A stretch of 64,000 bases of DNA from Octopus sinensis (GCF_006345805.1 NC_043005.1:16678001-16742000); one strand, 5' to 3'; shown: positions 26,494 through 39,115, counted from the first letter of the stretch. The notes: generated by a model from the sequence alone, not told the origin. Program-made: numbers and translations.

Positions 26494-27119
26494 CATGTGT
26501 GTGCGTGGGTTCCTTATGCATTCGAAAACATAGTTGTCGATTCTGACGTATGGAGTATCAAAAGATTCAGTAATCTTTCGGCTACCAAATAAACTTTATT
26601 TTCATTTTCATATTTGCATTAGAAAAATTTAACATTATAATCTTTCTATAAGTCAACTACTGTAGACAACATTTTAGATCACCACCACCACCACAACGTA
26701 ACATTCTCTGTATGAGTGTGTATGTGTTTGTGAGAGTGTGTTTGCGTATTTGTTACGTACGTTAGGCCGATAACTGAGAAGTATATGTATGTGAGTGTAT
26801 GTGAGGATGTATGTGTCTGTTAGTATACATACATATTTGTGATGACTGGCACACACACACGTGCGCATCTAAAGACAGAGAATGACACACAGAGGGAAAG
26901 AGATAGGCCTGAGGTGTGCGTGAATGCATGCCTGTGTGTGTCTGTCTTAGTATATGTATGTGAGTGTATGTGTGTGCGAGTGTATGTGTGATAATTTTTA
27001 TACGTTAGGCCTCAGACAATTAAACACACACACACACACACACATTTACACATACATATACATATGTGTATGAGTGTGTATGTGTCTGAGTGTTTGTGAG
27101 TGTTTCTGCGTTCGTTACA

Positions 27120-28026
27120 TCTATAGTAAACTATAGTAAAGGACATTTTACGCCGTTTTAATGAGCCCACATCTAACGAATCCCTATGAAAATCGTGATC
27201 TTCTCATTCGTGTTTCAGACACTTGTCCCTCTTATGATGCTCTCCAGTATCCTCTTATTTTGTGGAATGGACAAGATGGGTAGCATTTCAATATTCCACA
27301 GATTGAACCTGCCAGAGGAGAGCCAATTACAAACAAAAACGTGTCGTCAAATTACTTCTATTCTTACCAACTGATGTTAAGACCAGAACAATCAAATCAA
27401 TTACGCATGTATCGTGATCTGTTTCAGCAATACCTGGTTGATATGTATGCCAAAGTTGAGAGTGAGCGTATCCTCTACACTCGTAACAATCAAAAAAAGT
27501 TAAGAGCTAAACATTATCTTCATCTCCAAGATGCTCTCCATGTCCAAGAGGCAACAATCAAAACAGGTAGTCACAAAGGAGAAAATGTCTTTATTCCCAA
27601 AATTCCTCTCGTACCTACAGATGTTCCATTTGAATTTAAGACACTTTAGTTTCCAGTTAAACTAAGTTTTGATATTTCAATTAAGAAATCTCAGGGTCAA
27701 TCCCTCAAGGTAGTTGGACTTGATCTCTCTCTCTACTACATGCTTCTCTCACGGCCAACTCTATGTTGCTTGATCACGACTTGGAAGCAGCAACAATTTA
27801 TTCATTTCAACACCAACAAAAAATTTCTCAATGAATATTGTTTACCCTGAGGTACTTCAACATCGACAGATTTTCAGTTTGAAATTTTATTATCATTACA
27901 ATTTGGATATTTTTTAATAAAATATAGATATATTGAAATAATTATGAGAATATATCTTTATATTTATTAATTACTAATCTAAATAAGAACATCAGTAACC
28001 TGGGCAACGCTGGGTCATTCAATTAG
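27120..28026 (+). mobile_element. Internally deleted RepHel Helitron
   Basis: FQQYLVDMYAKVESERI (Helitron N-terminal region) joined to the Pif1 C-terminus (FPVKL..SQGQSLKVVGLDL..FSHGQLYVA); TC start; 3' hairpin plus TTAG. Confidence 0.88.
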
Positions 28027-28344
28027 TATATATATATAATGAAGCCAAGTCAAATGATATTTTGAAAGAATTTAATGCGTACGTTTCGGATATTTGCGTA
28101 ACATATATCCCCTACACAAGACCTTCCTCAGTTAAGACATTTCAAAATATAAAAAAAACTGCGATGACTCCTTTAATGCGGATACTCTGATAAGGATTCG
28201 GAATAGTATGTTACATTTGACTCGAGTCAAAAATTCTGGTATCGCGCTTCGCTTCCAACACGAACGCATACATACATACATACATACATACATACATACA
28301 TACATACATACATACATACATACATACATACATACGTGTATACA

Positions 28345-28384
<40 letters not shown>

Positions 28385-28510
28385 CAGGGTGATTCAAAAG
28401 TCACCATACATAAGAACAATTTATTTTTTTATAAGAAACAGTTTTTTTATTTAACTGTTTCTTATAAAAAATAAATATTTCCTATGTATGGTGACTTTCG
28501 TATCACCCTG
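28385..28510. mobile_element. 126-bp hairpin Tc1/mariner MITE
   Basis: TIR CAGGGTGATTCAAAAGTCACCATACATA; interior also palindromic. Confidence 0.8.
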
Positions 28511-28535
28511 CATATATATATATATATATATATAC

Positions 28536-28926
28536 ATAAGACTGCCATATAAGTATGGCGATAACTATTAATTTCCAGTAACGCTGCCGTAATCTCCTTT
28601 AGAGAGACTTAGTAATTTTAATATTTCTATTATTGAAAACAAGTGGATGTATTCCACTGAAACTAGGTAAATAGATTCTTCGAACAGGGACAGTCAGTAG
28701 CGACACCTGCTGGGTCTGACTACGCTGCATTGATAAAGGGCAAATACCCTGAAACATGTCTGCAGCGGTCTGACTGGCAGGATGAAGCGGCTGACTTCCC
28801 CTGTTCGAAGGTTTATAATGGACGCAGGTTGTGTGTCAAATAGCTAGCTTGAGGCGGTGGCCTCTTGGAGCTAATCAGCGACAGCTTTAGTCTTATATTT
28901 ATAAGACTGCCATATAAGTATGGCGA

Positions 28927-28932
<6 letters not shown>
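28536..28932 (+). mobile_element. 365-bp retrozyme-like/PLE-derived unit with 32-bp terminal direct repeat
   Basis: ATAAGACTGCCATATAAGTATGGCGATAACTA at 28536 and 28901, with the hammerhead between them. Confidence 0.65.
28723..28767 (+). ncRNA. Minimal type I hammerhead with U3-A8 core swap
   Basis: 7-bp stem I CGCUGCA/UGCAGCG; core UUGAUAA; stem II AGGG/CCCU; GAAA; palindromic ACAUGU; GUC. Confidence 0.75.
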
Positions 28933-28965
<33 letters not shown>

Positions 28966-29006
28966 GTATGTACGTATGTACGTATGTATGTTTGTATGTA
29001 TGTATG

Positions 29007-29029
<23 letters not shown>

Positions 29030-29041
<12 letters not shown>

Positions 29042-29195
29042 GACGGACTTCCAATTAGCTTCCGTCCGTCTTCGAAAATCACTCACAAGGGACTGATTGG
29101 CCCAGGACTATAGTAGAAGGCACTTGCCCAAGATACCGTGCAGTAGATGGGATAGAACTCGAAACCACGAGGTTTCAAAACGAGTTTCTTACTCA
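29030..29195 (-). mobile_element. Diverged family D SINE head
   Basis: Reverse complement of the head half. Confidence 0.65.
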
Positions 29196-29835
29196 CGTGG
29201 CCATTTACTTATCGTAGCAAAGAAGGGTCTTTAGGAATGCTTATAACCAAAAACGAATTTTACGCAAGACTTATAATGAAGAATGATATAGGGGTGTTTT
29301 TTTTTTATTTCGAAACTCTGCCTAGAATAAGAGCCCAAAATCCTCCATCTCGTTAAAAATGCAGCATTATTTTGAGATGAAATTGGGTACTTACATAGGC
29401 ACATGGCCATAAATTTTGGCGCAGGGAATAGTCCTTTATATCGACATCAGTGCTTTACTGGTCCTTTATTTTATCGACTCCAGAAGGAAGAAACGCAAAG
29501 TTAATCGTAGTGGTATTAGAAATATGTCTATTATCTCTTTTATGGTATCAAATCGTTTTATAAAATATTCTTCGGAAGGGGTATGTCAACACTGCTTGAT
29601 ATCATGAAGGGGTACATTGAAAGAATAAACTTGAGAACCCCTAAACTAGGACGCTAATTCTGTTGGGCATTTTGATGTAGTTTCTCCTTGTCAAAGAATC
29701 TCATCTGGTTGGATATAAATGCGTCTGCTTTTTCGGCACGCTCATCCATTTCGGATAATTCTATATCAAACCCCACAAAACATACAGATTATTTTTACTA
29801 CTGGCTACAGAATAATTCTGTCTATTATAGGCACT

Positions 29836-29888
29836 CCCTGTCCTGATGAGAGATACAGTTCCCGAAACAGAACGTTCTGTAGCAGAAG
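29836..29888 (+). ncRNA. Degenerate hammerhead with a 14-nt palindromic stem III
   Basis: CUGAUGA; GAAA; ACAGAACGUUCUGU; stems I and II damaged. Confidence 0.55.
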
Positions 29889-29932
29889 ACTTGTTACGAG
29901 AGAACACCACTGACATCCTTTATATATGTCAA

Positions 29933-30223
29933 GGCGCTTGACTTAGGGGTTGGGGCATTCGGACCATGATCGTAAGGTCTTGAGTTCAATTCCCAGCGAC
30001 GCGTTGCGTCCTTGAGCAAGACACTTTGTTTCACGTTGCTCCAGTCCACTCAGCTAGTAAAAATGAGTAGTACCTGTATTTCAAAAGGCCAGCCTTGTCA
30101 CATTCTGTGTCACGCTGAATCACCCTGAGAACAAAGTTAAGGGTACACGTTAATTTCACGGGCAAGCTGTTCCGTTGATCGTAACAGCAGGGACCCTCGT
30201 CGTCATAACCGACGGAGTGCTCC
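29933..30223 (+). mobile_element. CORE-like SINE, head C plus tail 1
   Basis: As above. Confidence 0.85.
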
Positions 30224-30712
30224 TATCCTTTATATCATGTATCTGAAGTTAACTCCTTCCGTATATTATTTCCTTAAACAGAATTAACGTCTTATTTCTG
30301 TGAAAAATACCTCACTAATTATGATGTAGACTGTGAGGTAGATATGTATCTTGTTAACCTGTACATGTGCGTGTGCACGTGTCTGTTTAGTGTGTGGGTG
30401 TACTTGGAGCCTACCAACCTAAATCACAGTCAACAGTGAGCGGTGGAGAGCTGCCAAAATTTACTAGAGTGACAACTTGCTCTCGATACGCAACATAGAC
30501 TCTAAGTTTTTAGTAATGTATTATGTGAATTAAAGCATATCTTGTCATGCTGCGGAGATTGTTTAAAGGAATGCAGGAGGATCAGCGACAGAACTATCGC
30601 AATTCCAAATATCTTTGGTATATCCATGAGCACAGTGTTCCCGGGTCCTGTGTGGTATTTTCTCTTTCCCTTCTTTTCTTCTTTCTTTCTATCTCCCTCC
30701 TCTCCCCCCCCC

Positions 30713-30764
<52 letters not shown>

Positions 30765-30940
30765 CTTACCGAAAGCTGAACAGTTATTTGCCTTGCCCAC
30801 AACAATAACAACAATAACGATAACCAATTACCACCCTTTTAATTTCCTACTTGGGACGTCATTCACTCGTAAATATTATCACACACAACATGAACAAAAT
30901 TTCTTCTTAAGAAAATACATATTCGAATAAGTAAACCATA

Positions 30941-30975
30941 ATATCATGAATAGCGAAAGCGAAACCGGTCGATAT
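30941..30975 (+). ncRNA. Minimal type I hammerhead with A3-U8 core swap
   Basis: AUAUC AUGAAUA GC-GAAA-GC GAAA CCGG UC GAUAU. Confidence 0.7.
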
Positions 30976-31093
30976 ATTAAAAATTATATTAAAACTATGT
31001 AAAGTGTGTGTATTTTCCTTTTTTTTTAATTTCAAAATTTCTTATATATATTACAACTCACAACGTGGGGATAATCGAATTCCTCCTTTCTGT

Positions 31094-31138
<45 letters not shown>

Positions 31139-31155
31139 TAGATAGATAGATAGAT

Positions 31156-31186
<31 letters not shown>

Positions 31187-31235
31187 TAGATAGATAGATA
31201 GACAGATAGATAGACAGATAGATAGATAGATAGAC

Positions 31236-31289
<54 letters not shown>

Positions 31290-31539
31290 TTTTCTTTATT
31301 GGCCACACAGGGCTGCACACAGATGGGACAAGTTACAAGGTAGAGCTTTTCTTTTGGGGGATGAAAAAAACAAAAAACAAAAGAAACAAAAAAAAAGGGG
31401 GGCGTAGGTTGTCGATCAAGAGGGATACACACACACACACTCTAGCTAGTTTCGTGCCGTCAAAAATGACGGCTAATTGTACTGTTTTATATATATAACA
31501 AGGTACAAAACCAAATTTTTAGTTTAATAATTCTATACC

Positions 31540-32358
31540 TTTGATATTGATTTATTTCATCATTTGAGACTGTAAAGTCAACTACCTGGTACTTTCTATT
31601 CTCTTTATTTACTACTACTGAATCAGGCCTTCTGGGTTCTGTTACTCTATCAGTCTGAATGTTACAGTCCTACAGCATCTTATATTTCTTACTTTCTAGT
31701 ACTTTACTCGGTTCATGTTCATACCATTTATCAGTATGGTTAAATTCTAGCTTTCTACATAACTCCCAGTGGATTACTCTCTCTAGGTGGTCATGACCTT
31801 TCTTGAATTTCTTTTGTGCCAGCATGCTGCATTCCCTTACTATATGATTAGCACTTTCCTCTTTTGATTTGCATAACCCACATTGGGAATCTACTTGGTT
31901 TTTGCCTCTCTTGGCTTTTATCCAATTAGTCCTTAATGCTTGATCTTGTGCAGCTACTAACAAACTTTCTGTCTCAACCTTCCTTTTTGCAACCATGACT
32001 ATGTATCATTACTATTTCCTACAACTATCTTTCGGAATCTACCATACAAAGCCTTCTGTTGTCAGTCAGATAATTTTTGTTCTTTTTTCTAGTTTTTTAA
32101 CTTCAATTGGCTTTTTAGTTTCCTTATGTCCTGCTGTGACTCTAGAAGCTCTTAATAAACTTTCTCCACTATTACCTACATAGGATTCTATATCTACTTT
32201 CGCAAACTCCACGCAGTCTTCTAGCAATATTAACCCTTTTCCACATTCCTTTCTGGGTAAGCATAATGTTGCTACGCCTGCCTTTGAGTGGAGTCTTTCA
32301 TTCATAATGAATTCCTTCCTAGTTCTTCTGTCTAGCTTTACTAATTCCGATTTGGTCC
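31540..32358 (-). mobile_element. R4/Dong-clade RLE LINE fragment
   Basis: LDRRTRK..LHSK..LPRKECGKGL; ETESLLVAAQDQALRT; CCHC knuckle; RRPD..VVDF restriction-like nuclease motif. Abuts (TAA)n. Confidence 0.85.
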
Positions 32359-32427
<69 letters not shown>

Positions 32428-32865
32428 GCATGAGTTTTGTAACTCTCTCTTGTATATAACGCTTTGTGTTTTATGTGATCGCTAAGAAATCATCATCGTC
32501 ATCGTCATCATCACCATGATCTAATGCATTTACCAGTAATACAAGTTTAATAAAATAGTTTAAATATGATTGCCATGGTTCAGCCCCAAAATAATTACAT
32601 CGTTGTAAGATTTTATTGCTTTCACCTCCCCTTCCTGCAACACAACAGAGAAAGAGAAAGAGGTGAAGTAGAGAGGAGAGAGGGTGAGGGTGGAAGGAGG
32701 TTCTTTCTAATTGCCACATTACGCAAAGTATATAGCTTGGACAGAAAGAGAAAAGATTTTTTTTTCAATTCTCCTCACGAAATTTAAGAATAAAAAATAC
32801 ATACATGAATGGACACTGCTTATGTGCAGAATAGAATTCAGTACTCGTGTGTTTCACTCTCTCTT

Positions 32866-32964
<99 letters not shown>

Positions 32965-33040
32965 TGCCTGCTCACTCTCTCTCTCTCTCTCTCTCTATCT
33001 ATCTCTCTCTCTATGCATATCTATATCTATCTATCTATCT

Positions 33041-33084
<44 letters not shown>

Positions 33085-33088
33085 TATA

Positions 33089-33140
<52 letters not shown>

Positions 33141-33175
33141 CATATATATGTGTGTGTGTGCATACATATATATAT

Positions 33176-33415
33176 TATTATGGCTGCCCCCTCGTTATCG
33201 AGTATGGACATTGCACGAAGCTTAACTGTTACTGGTGCTGTGATCGAATGTGACTTTTTAGCCCAGCTAAAGATCTACAATGTCTTGTACAAAATTGGCA
33301 ACTAAAACCTTTACCGGTAATAGCCGACTGTAGTTGTAACTGGGTTTCATGTACCTCCTGCCGAATTACACTCTCTTCCACATGCCTGACAGATATGATT
33401 AGTATGGTGTGTAAC
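33176..33415 (-). mobile_element. 5'-truncated RTE LINE 3' end
   Basis: C-terminal C2H2 finger [22 protein letters not shown], short UTR and ATA tail. Confidence 0.75.
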
Positions 33416-33539
33416 CATATATATATATATATATATGTCATGCCTGACAAATATATTTAGTATGGTGTGTAACCATATATATATATACATATATACATAT
33501 GTATGTGTGTGCACATACACACACACACATATATATATA

Positions 33540-34600
33540 TGACGTCTGATCAATAAGTTTTCTAGAGTAAAGCCGCTTGGCAAAGATTGGACTTGAACTC
33601 TGCTGTGTATGCGTACTAAGTTTTAACGATCTACCTCACTTCCGCCATTTACAACAGTTCTTGGAAGGAAGATGTGTAGCGTGTGGTCGTCGCATTGACC
33701 ATGCACAAAAAGTTGTCATGGCGATACCCGCTTAGAGGTGTACGCAAAGTTGCAGAAAGTGTATGGAGAGGAGTGTATGCGCTGCATACGAGTGTACGAG
33801 TGGTTCAGACGTTTCCATGATGGCCTTAAAAATCTCGATATTGACAAACGTTCTGGGAAACTCGCAACCAGCAGAACTGAGAAAAACATTGCAGACGTGC
33901 GTGCAGCTGTGAGTTGCAAAAAGGAAGGCTGAGAAGAGAGACAGAAAGTTTGTTAGTAGCTGCACAAGATCAAGCATTAAGGACCAATTGGATAAAAGCC
34001 AAGATAGACAAAATCCAAGTAGATTCCCAATGTAGGTTATGCAAATCAAAAGAGGAAAGTGCTAGTCATATAGTAAGTGACTGTAGCATGCTGGTACAAA
34101 AGGAATTCACCTAGAGAGAGTAATGAATCTAGTAAAGTACTACAGAGGATGTGCAGATTAGTTATGGTTCAGTTCAGTCCATTATCAATGAAGATTTGTG
34201 TATGAGATGCGTGTCTGCTAAATTTGTGCCAAAGCTGCTTTCAACTGACCAAAAAGACAGTCGGGTTTCAGTTGCCCAAAATCTCCTTGATTGTGTCGGG
34301 AAACGATTAAAACTTTTTGAAAACTTTGCCTAGGCCTCTGAGCAGGTATCATCAAGCTTCTGACAAAATTTGATGCAGATTCTCTGCTCAACTTTCTCTG
34401 TCATGATCAATGCGACGATCACACGTTACATACCTTGCTTCCAAGCACTGCTGTAAACAGCAGAAGTGAATTAGAACATTAAAACTTAGTGCGTATGCAT
34501 GACAGAATTCAAGGTCAATCTATGCCAAGCAGCTTTACTCTGCGTGCTTTAGCTTCGTTACTATGGCAACAAAGTCCGGATACTTATTGATCAGATCACG
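33540..34600 (+). mobile_element. Mariner derivative with long inverted arms and a captured R4 fragment
   Basis: Transposase N-terminus (VYEWFRRF, SAKFVPKLL); the right arm is an inverted copy of the 5' end; TA flanks. Confidence 0.85.
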
Positions 34601-35034
34601 TACATACATGCATAAATGCATACAAACATTAAATGTGGGGGGGACGGAGTTAAAGAGATAGATAGATAGAGAGATGTCTAAAAAGTTATAGGTCACAAAG
34701 AGAAACAAAAAAGGCATTGCATATCAGGTAATGGAGTTGTTATGTTATTTATGCAATATTATAAATATAGCCTCAAAACAGCCAATTCATGTTACCGAAC
34801 GGTTTTGTGTTGAAGAATTTTCCAAATGCGAAAAGGTAAAATAATAGAGTCGCCTAAAATAGCTTGAGGTATTTTTTACAAGAGACCTGAAAATACCACA
34901 TCCGGTTTTAGAGTTTCAAATGTTGTAAAAAAAAGGTTGCAGAAGGAAACTCGGGTATGAAAAGGTACACAAAAATAAGGGTGGTTCTTAAGCCTAATAG
35001 CTTTATGCTCTTTAGATTAGTTCTCTTTTTTTAC

Positions 35035-35707
<673 letters not shown>

Positions 35708-35999
35708 CTATAGTCATCTTAAATATCAGTATCCAAGTGGCAACTGTCAGCATCGATTTTAGTAAATGTGATTGTAATGAAGAGGAAGGTGGAGTTAAAA
35801 GTGAGTGGGAAGGGAGAAAGAGAGATGAAAATGGGGGAGAAGGGGTTTTTAAATAGCATTAGTAGGTGAGCGTATGTTTGGGCCATATACTCAATAGGCT
35901 CCGGAAGAATTTAATTTGTGCCTTTTATTCTTTTGTGGTTCAAAGTTGCAACAGAAACTACCTTGAAAGTAGGAGAGTATTGTAGTTCGCTTGTATTAC

Positions 36000-36402
36000 T
36001 CTTTACTCTTTACTCTTTTACTTGTTTCAGTCATTTGACTGCGGCCATGCTGGAGCACCGCCTTTAGTCGAGCAAATCGACCCCGGAACTTATTCTTTGT
36101 AAGCCCAGTACTTATTCTATCGGTCTCTTTTTTGCCGAACCGCTAAGTAACGGGGACGTAAACACACCAGCATCGGTTGTCAAGCAATGTTAGGGGGACA
36201 AACACAGACACACACACATATATATATATATACATATATACGACAGGCTTCTTTCAGTTTCCGTCTACCAAATCCACTCACAAGGCTTTGGTCGGCCCGG
36301 GGCTATAGCAGAAGACACTTGCCCAAGATGCCACGCAGTGGGACTGAATCCGGAACCATGTGGTTGGTTAGCAAGCTACTTACCACACAGCCACTCCTGC
36401 GC
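36000..36402 (-). mobile_element. Full family D SINE
   Basis: Near-consensus copy. Confidence 0.9.
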
Positions 36403-36458
36403 CTATTTTGTTTGTAAAGAATAACTATAAGACCTGTTGTTATTTAATCATCCACAGT

Positions 36459-36502
36459 CTGATATGATATTTCGGAATAAAAATTCCTTCTTCAGATATC
36501 AG
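36459..36502 (-). ncRNA. Intact minimal type I hammerhead
   Basis: CUGAUAU CUGAAGA A GGAAU-UUUU-AUUCC GAAA UA UC AUAUCAG. Confidence 0.8.
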
Positions 36503-36750
36503 AATTGATGGAGTCGCTGCTATAATCAGTTTTCAAAAAAAAAATGAAGGAGTTTTTATTCGGATATATCGTATCAGACAATGGATGATTAAATTGCAAC
36601 AGTTCTTAAAGTCCATTGTTTGTATTACAGTACATTGTTGTGTTATTCAAAACGTTTTATTCTTTACCTTGAAAGTTTGAGGTCGTCAAGTAGGAAATTT
36701 GTAGAAAAGAAAAATAGTTTGCTAATCTTTTATAAATACAAGAAATAGTT

Positions 36751-37738
36751 TTATTCATCAAAGTATGCACCCATATTGTCAATACACTTTTGCCATTTCA
36801 GCAGTAGCTTGTCCAACCTGGAACTGTAAACGCTTGGGAATCTAGAGTCAATAAAATCTTGGAAGGCTTGTTTTACAACATCGTCGAAATTAAAGTTTTT
36901 CCTATCAAAAAGTTATCCAAATTCTGGAAGAAGTGGTAGTCAGTGGGAGCAAGATCAGGTGAGTACGGTGGATGATGGAGAACTTCCAACTCCAACTCCT
37001 GTAGTTTCGCCAATGTCATTTTTGCGATGTGTGGTCTGGCGCTATCTTGCAATAAAATAGGAGTGGATCTGTTGACTAATCTAGGCTGTTTTTTGTTTTT
37101 TTTGTAAATTTCTGCATTATTTGGTCCAGTTGGCTGCAGTATACTTCGGTCGTGATTGATGAGCCAGGTTTAATGCAATCATAATGGATCACACCTGCGC
37201 CAGACCACCAAACACACACCATCAGCTTCTTTTGATGAATTTTGCTTTTGGGATTGTGTTTTGGTGGCTCGTCTTTGTCCAATCATTGTGCTGAACGTTT
37301 GCAGTTGTTATATTGGATCCATTTCTCGTCACATGTTACAATTCGATTCAAAAAGGATTCATTTTTGTGACGAGAAAGTAGTATAATGCAGGCTTCCAAA
37401 CGTTGCTGTTTCTGATTTTCATTGCGTTCATGTGGAACCCACTTATCCAACTTTTTCACTTTACCGATTTGAACTAGGTTAGTCAATATGGTTTGCTTGC
37501 TAACACCAAATAATAACGATAATTCACAGGCACTTTGACATGGATCTGACTCGACAGTGGCTTTCAATTCGTCATTATCCACCTTTGTTTCTGGTCGACC
37601 GCGTTGCTCATTTGTGACACTGTCGTCTGTGTAATAACATTAAAATGAAATACTCCATTAATGTTCCGAGCTGTCTGTGATGCTGTATTTCCAAGAAAGA
37701 ACTCATAGTTCAACTGTATGAATTTCTGACTTATCCAT
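36751..37738 (-). mobile_element. Mariner transposase pseudogene (DD34D type)
   Basis: WVPH, IVTCDEKW, LQD.ARPH and HPPYSPDLAPTDYHFF motifs, with stops and a deletion. Confidence 0.92.
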
Positions 37739-37819
37739 CTCTAAACAAAAATAGTAAAAAACAATTTATAAATACTTTATAAAGCGCAAAATTAGTTAGA
37801 ATAAGGAAATAGATGTGTC

Positions 37820-38460
37820 AGCTTTCTAGCAAGAAATAAGAATTGTCAAAATATAATAATGGCGAAAATGAGCAGCTGTCAAAGTTTACCATATACCTTA
37901 CTACAAATTTCATATTTGACGACCTAATAATTAATTTCCTAATTGTAACGCTGGACCTAGACACAAATTCATATATACCTTTCCGAAAACCAAACGAGAG
38001 ATTGATATTTTTTAACACACCTCCTACTTCCGATAAGGAGATCTTCGACGCTGCAGCCTCGTACGATAACGAGGCCTTGACTACTTGTGGTATCGGAAAT
38101 AGCATTAGTTATACGTCCGACCCTAATTCTACTAAGAAAAAGTAACATTGTAAGGTTGTGATACACACACCTAATTGCCCTTAATGTTAAAACTTGCGTA
38201 GTTAGGATCGTTCTCAAAGTAGTAGATAAGCATATTCCACAGAAACATAGGTACAAGGAGATTTTTAATAAACATGCTTTAGCTGTATATCTAACATAAA
38301 GGAAATTTTAGTAAACAGATCTAAATCAAACAGAAAGGCAGGTTGTTAGTATAGAGGTTATGCCACATAGCTTCTAACCGATCAATGTAACACATAGGCC
38401 GTTTTGTGAAGCAAGGGTAGTATCAAAAACCCCGGTGGGGTGACCCATGTACAAAGATAT
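37820..38460 (+). mobile_element. Penelope-like element RT thumb/linker fragment
   Basis: INFLIVTLDLDTNSYIPFRKPN, EIFDAAASYDNEAL and KVVDKHIPQKHRYKEIFN motifs match the PLE RT C-terminal region. Confidence 0.75.
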
Positions 38461-38554
38461 GCGGAGCCAGCAGAAGCTCCTTAGAGATCGGACTCAACAA
38501 TCTTAGGTCCTTTTTTAAATTCATGACGACGGAGTGCTCCTATAAACTTCATTC

Positions 38555-38821
38555 AACATCCTTGAACAATCCTTATTCAGGGACCTTTTGAGCGGGATGG
38601 GCTACTCGACCAGAAGAAAGTTCTAACTGGCCCCCACCTGCAAGGTCATGCGCTGTTTATCTTGATATACGATCACCTTGTCGCGCATATATGGTTGTGA
38701 TGCATGTACCTGGTGTATCCTTATCAGACGGGTAGCCATGATGGGTATACTGGGCTTCGTATATTTTACCCCAGTGTCACTTTGATGGCATGCACTGCTC
38801 TCTAACTCAATAATAATAATC

Positions 38822-38856
<35 letters not shown>

Positions 38857-38865
38857 TGATGATAA
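38555..38865 (+). mobile_element. Retroposon 3' end, family F, with (TAA)n tail
   Basis: Longer copy of the 9780 element. Confidence 0.7.
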
Positions 38866-39035
38866 TTCTTTTCTACTTTAGGCACACAGCCCAAAATCCT
38901 TTGGGAGGAGACCAGTCGATTAGATCGACCCCAGTACACAGCTGGTACTTAATTTATCAACCCCTGAAAGGACGAAAGGCGAAGTCGACCTCGGCGGAAT
39001 TTGAACTCAGAACGTAAAGACAGACGAAATATCGC

Positions 39036-39084
<49 letters not shown>

Positions 39085-39115
39085 CCTTTCTACTAAAGCC
39101 ACAAGGCCTGTAATT
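38865..39115 (-). mobile_element. Family A SINE fragments within (TAA)n tracts
   Basis: Reverse complement of the family A core and tail, bounded by TAA repeats. Confidence 0.8.

Noticed and set aside
28085-28140. Hammerhead-like motif on the minus strand (CUGAGGA..GAAACGUA)
   Set aside because: Stem I does not pair and there is a long unpaired insert before stem II.
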